Below, piece after piece: positions 62,830-63,015 of a DNA stretch of 63,015 nt. The position numbers and the translations under genes were made by a program. The DNA lies in contig JBJKRX010000050.1 of the NCBI GenBank assembly GCA_046704425.1, forward strand, positions 1 through 63,015, in the 5' to 3' direction. The DNA comes from Nitrospirota bacterium (GTDB taxonomy: Bacteria > Nitrospirota > UBA9217). Numbering within the stretch: position 1 is the first letter of the stretch; every line of letters begins with the position of its first letter. Under the pieces are notes generated by a model. The model was not told the origin of the DNA and searched no databases. It saw only the letters and a program-made list of their open reading frames with translations.

Positions 62830-62859
62830 TTGACACCATCCGCGCCCTTCCGTTATAGT
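62830..62859 (+). promoter_or_regulatory. sigma70-like promoter for the terminal partial gene
   Basis: TTGACA (62830-62835), then TTATAG after a 17-nt spacer or TATAGT after 18 nt (62853-62859). About 90-nt leader to ATG 62949. Confidence 0.5.
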
Positions 62860-62948
62860 ATATAACCAACTTGCAGCATCCCTCCTGCACGGTCTGGGGG
62901 CAAGTCCGAGGAAATCCTGATATATCCCGAGAAGGCAAGGACAGAATT

Positions 62949-63015
62949 ATGACAAAGAAGAATTGCTGGGAGCACAAGAACTGCGGCCGCTACCCCGGCG
63001 GCCCGAAGGCCGCCG
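62949..63015 (+). CDS. 5' end of a gene encoding MTKKNCWEHKNCGRYPGGPKAA... (Cys-rich 'NCWE..KNCG' N-terminal module); continues beyond the window
   Basis: Read by hand. AAGGA upstream of ATG 62949. Only 22 codons are visible. The N-terminus resembles the small Cys/Trp module I recall being called the two-CW domain. Confidence 0.5.
   Translation, partial: MTKKNCWEHKNCGRYPGGPKAA

Overview
Visibly GC-rich, densely coding chromosomal window from a diderm (Gram-negative-type) bacterium. It carries lgt, an Omp85-type barrel, a TolC/RND efflux set and pilT. I support about 60 protein genes. I see no rRNA, tRNA, CRISPR array, transposase, integrase or reverse transcriptase.

Gene content, left to right:
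- 1-11.5 kb: dppF/dppD-type ABC ATPases, TPR protein, deoC, class IV aminotransferase, REC-PilZ protein, DUF218, dienelactone hydrolase, hemerythrin, AlkD-like repair protein, radA, prfC, Crp/Fnr regulator.
- 11.7-19.7 kb: small lipoprotein, START-like protein, Sel1, NmrA-like SDR, a methyltransferase remnant, a DUF4388-REC-GAF + pilT operon, and an ECF sigma / membrane protein / LTXXQ lipoprotein operon.
- 19.9-23.9 kb: a compositionally mixed accessory patch with a Phd-type antitoxin + PIN toxin flanked by diverged coding-like direct repeats, an AT-rich orphan ORF, an SPL/MJ0683-like radical SAM gene and a class II Fic gene.
- 24-36 kb: putA, stand-alone trpB2, a MutY-like glycosylase lacking the Fe-S cysteines, tandem lgt paralogs, an Apa2-like HIT protein, an RluA-family protein with Gly at the catalytic Asp position, a Ser/Thr kinase-cNMP fusion, and a PAS-PAS-HisKA protein without an ATPase domain.
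- 36-48.5 kb: OMF-MFP-RND efflux operon with an OmpR/HK pair, a Met-rich lipoprotein, an NDUFA9-like SDR, and a zinc-peptidase/PD40/Omp85 fusion.
- 48.5-53 kb: TerC, TauE, FmdE-like, acr3-arsC-arsR.
- 53-63 kb: alpha/beta hydrolase, a second AT-rich Fic island, and a long minus-strand gene string (split ADP-forming acetyl-CoA synthetase, wHTH/PD-(D/E)XK-like protein, 2-TM membrane protein, CBS pair, P-type ATPase). The window ends in the first 22 codons of a gene starting MTKKNCWEHKNCGR.

Several near-consensus sigma70-type promoters and hairpin terminators can be read directly.

Best candidates for something undescribed:
- The translationally coupled wHTH/nuclease-fold + membrane protein pair at 59.1-60.6 kb.
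- The TA cassette bracketed by diverged protein-coding-like repeats, together with the adjacent orphan/radical-SAM/Fic patch.
- The CnrYXH-like ECF module.
- Several domain fusions or degenerate active sites (REC D->E + PilZ, RluA D->G, HisKA without HATPase, MutY core without the Fe-S loop).

All functional calls rest on motif recognition by eye. No database search was run.
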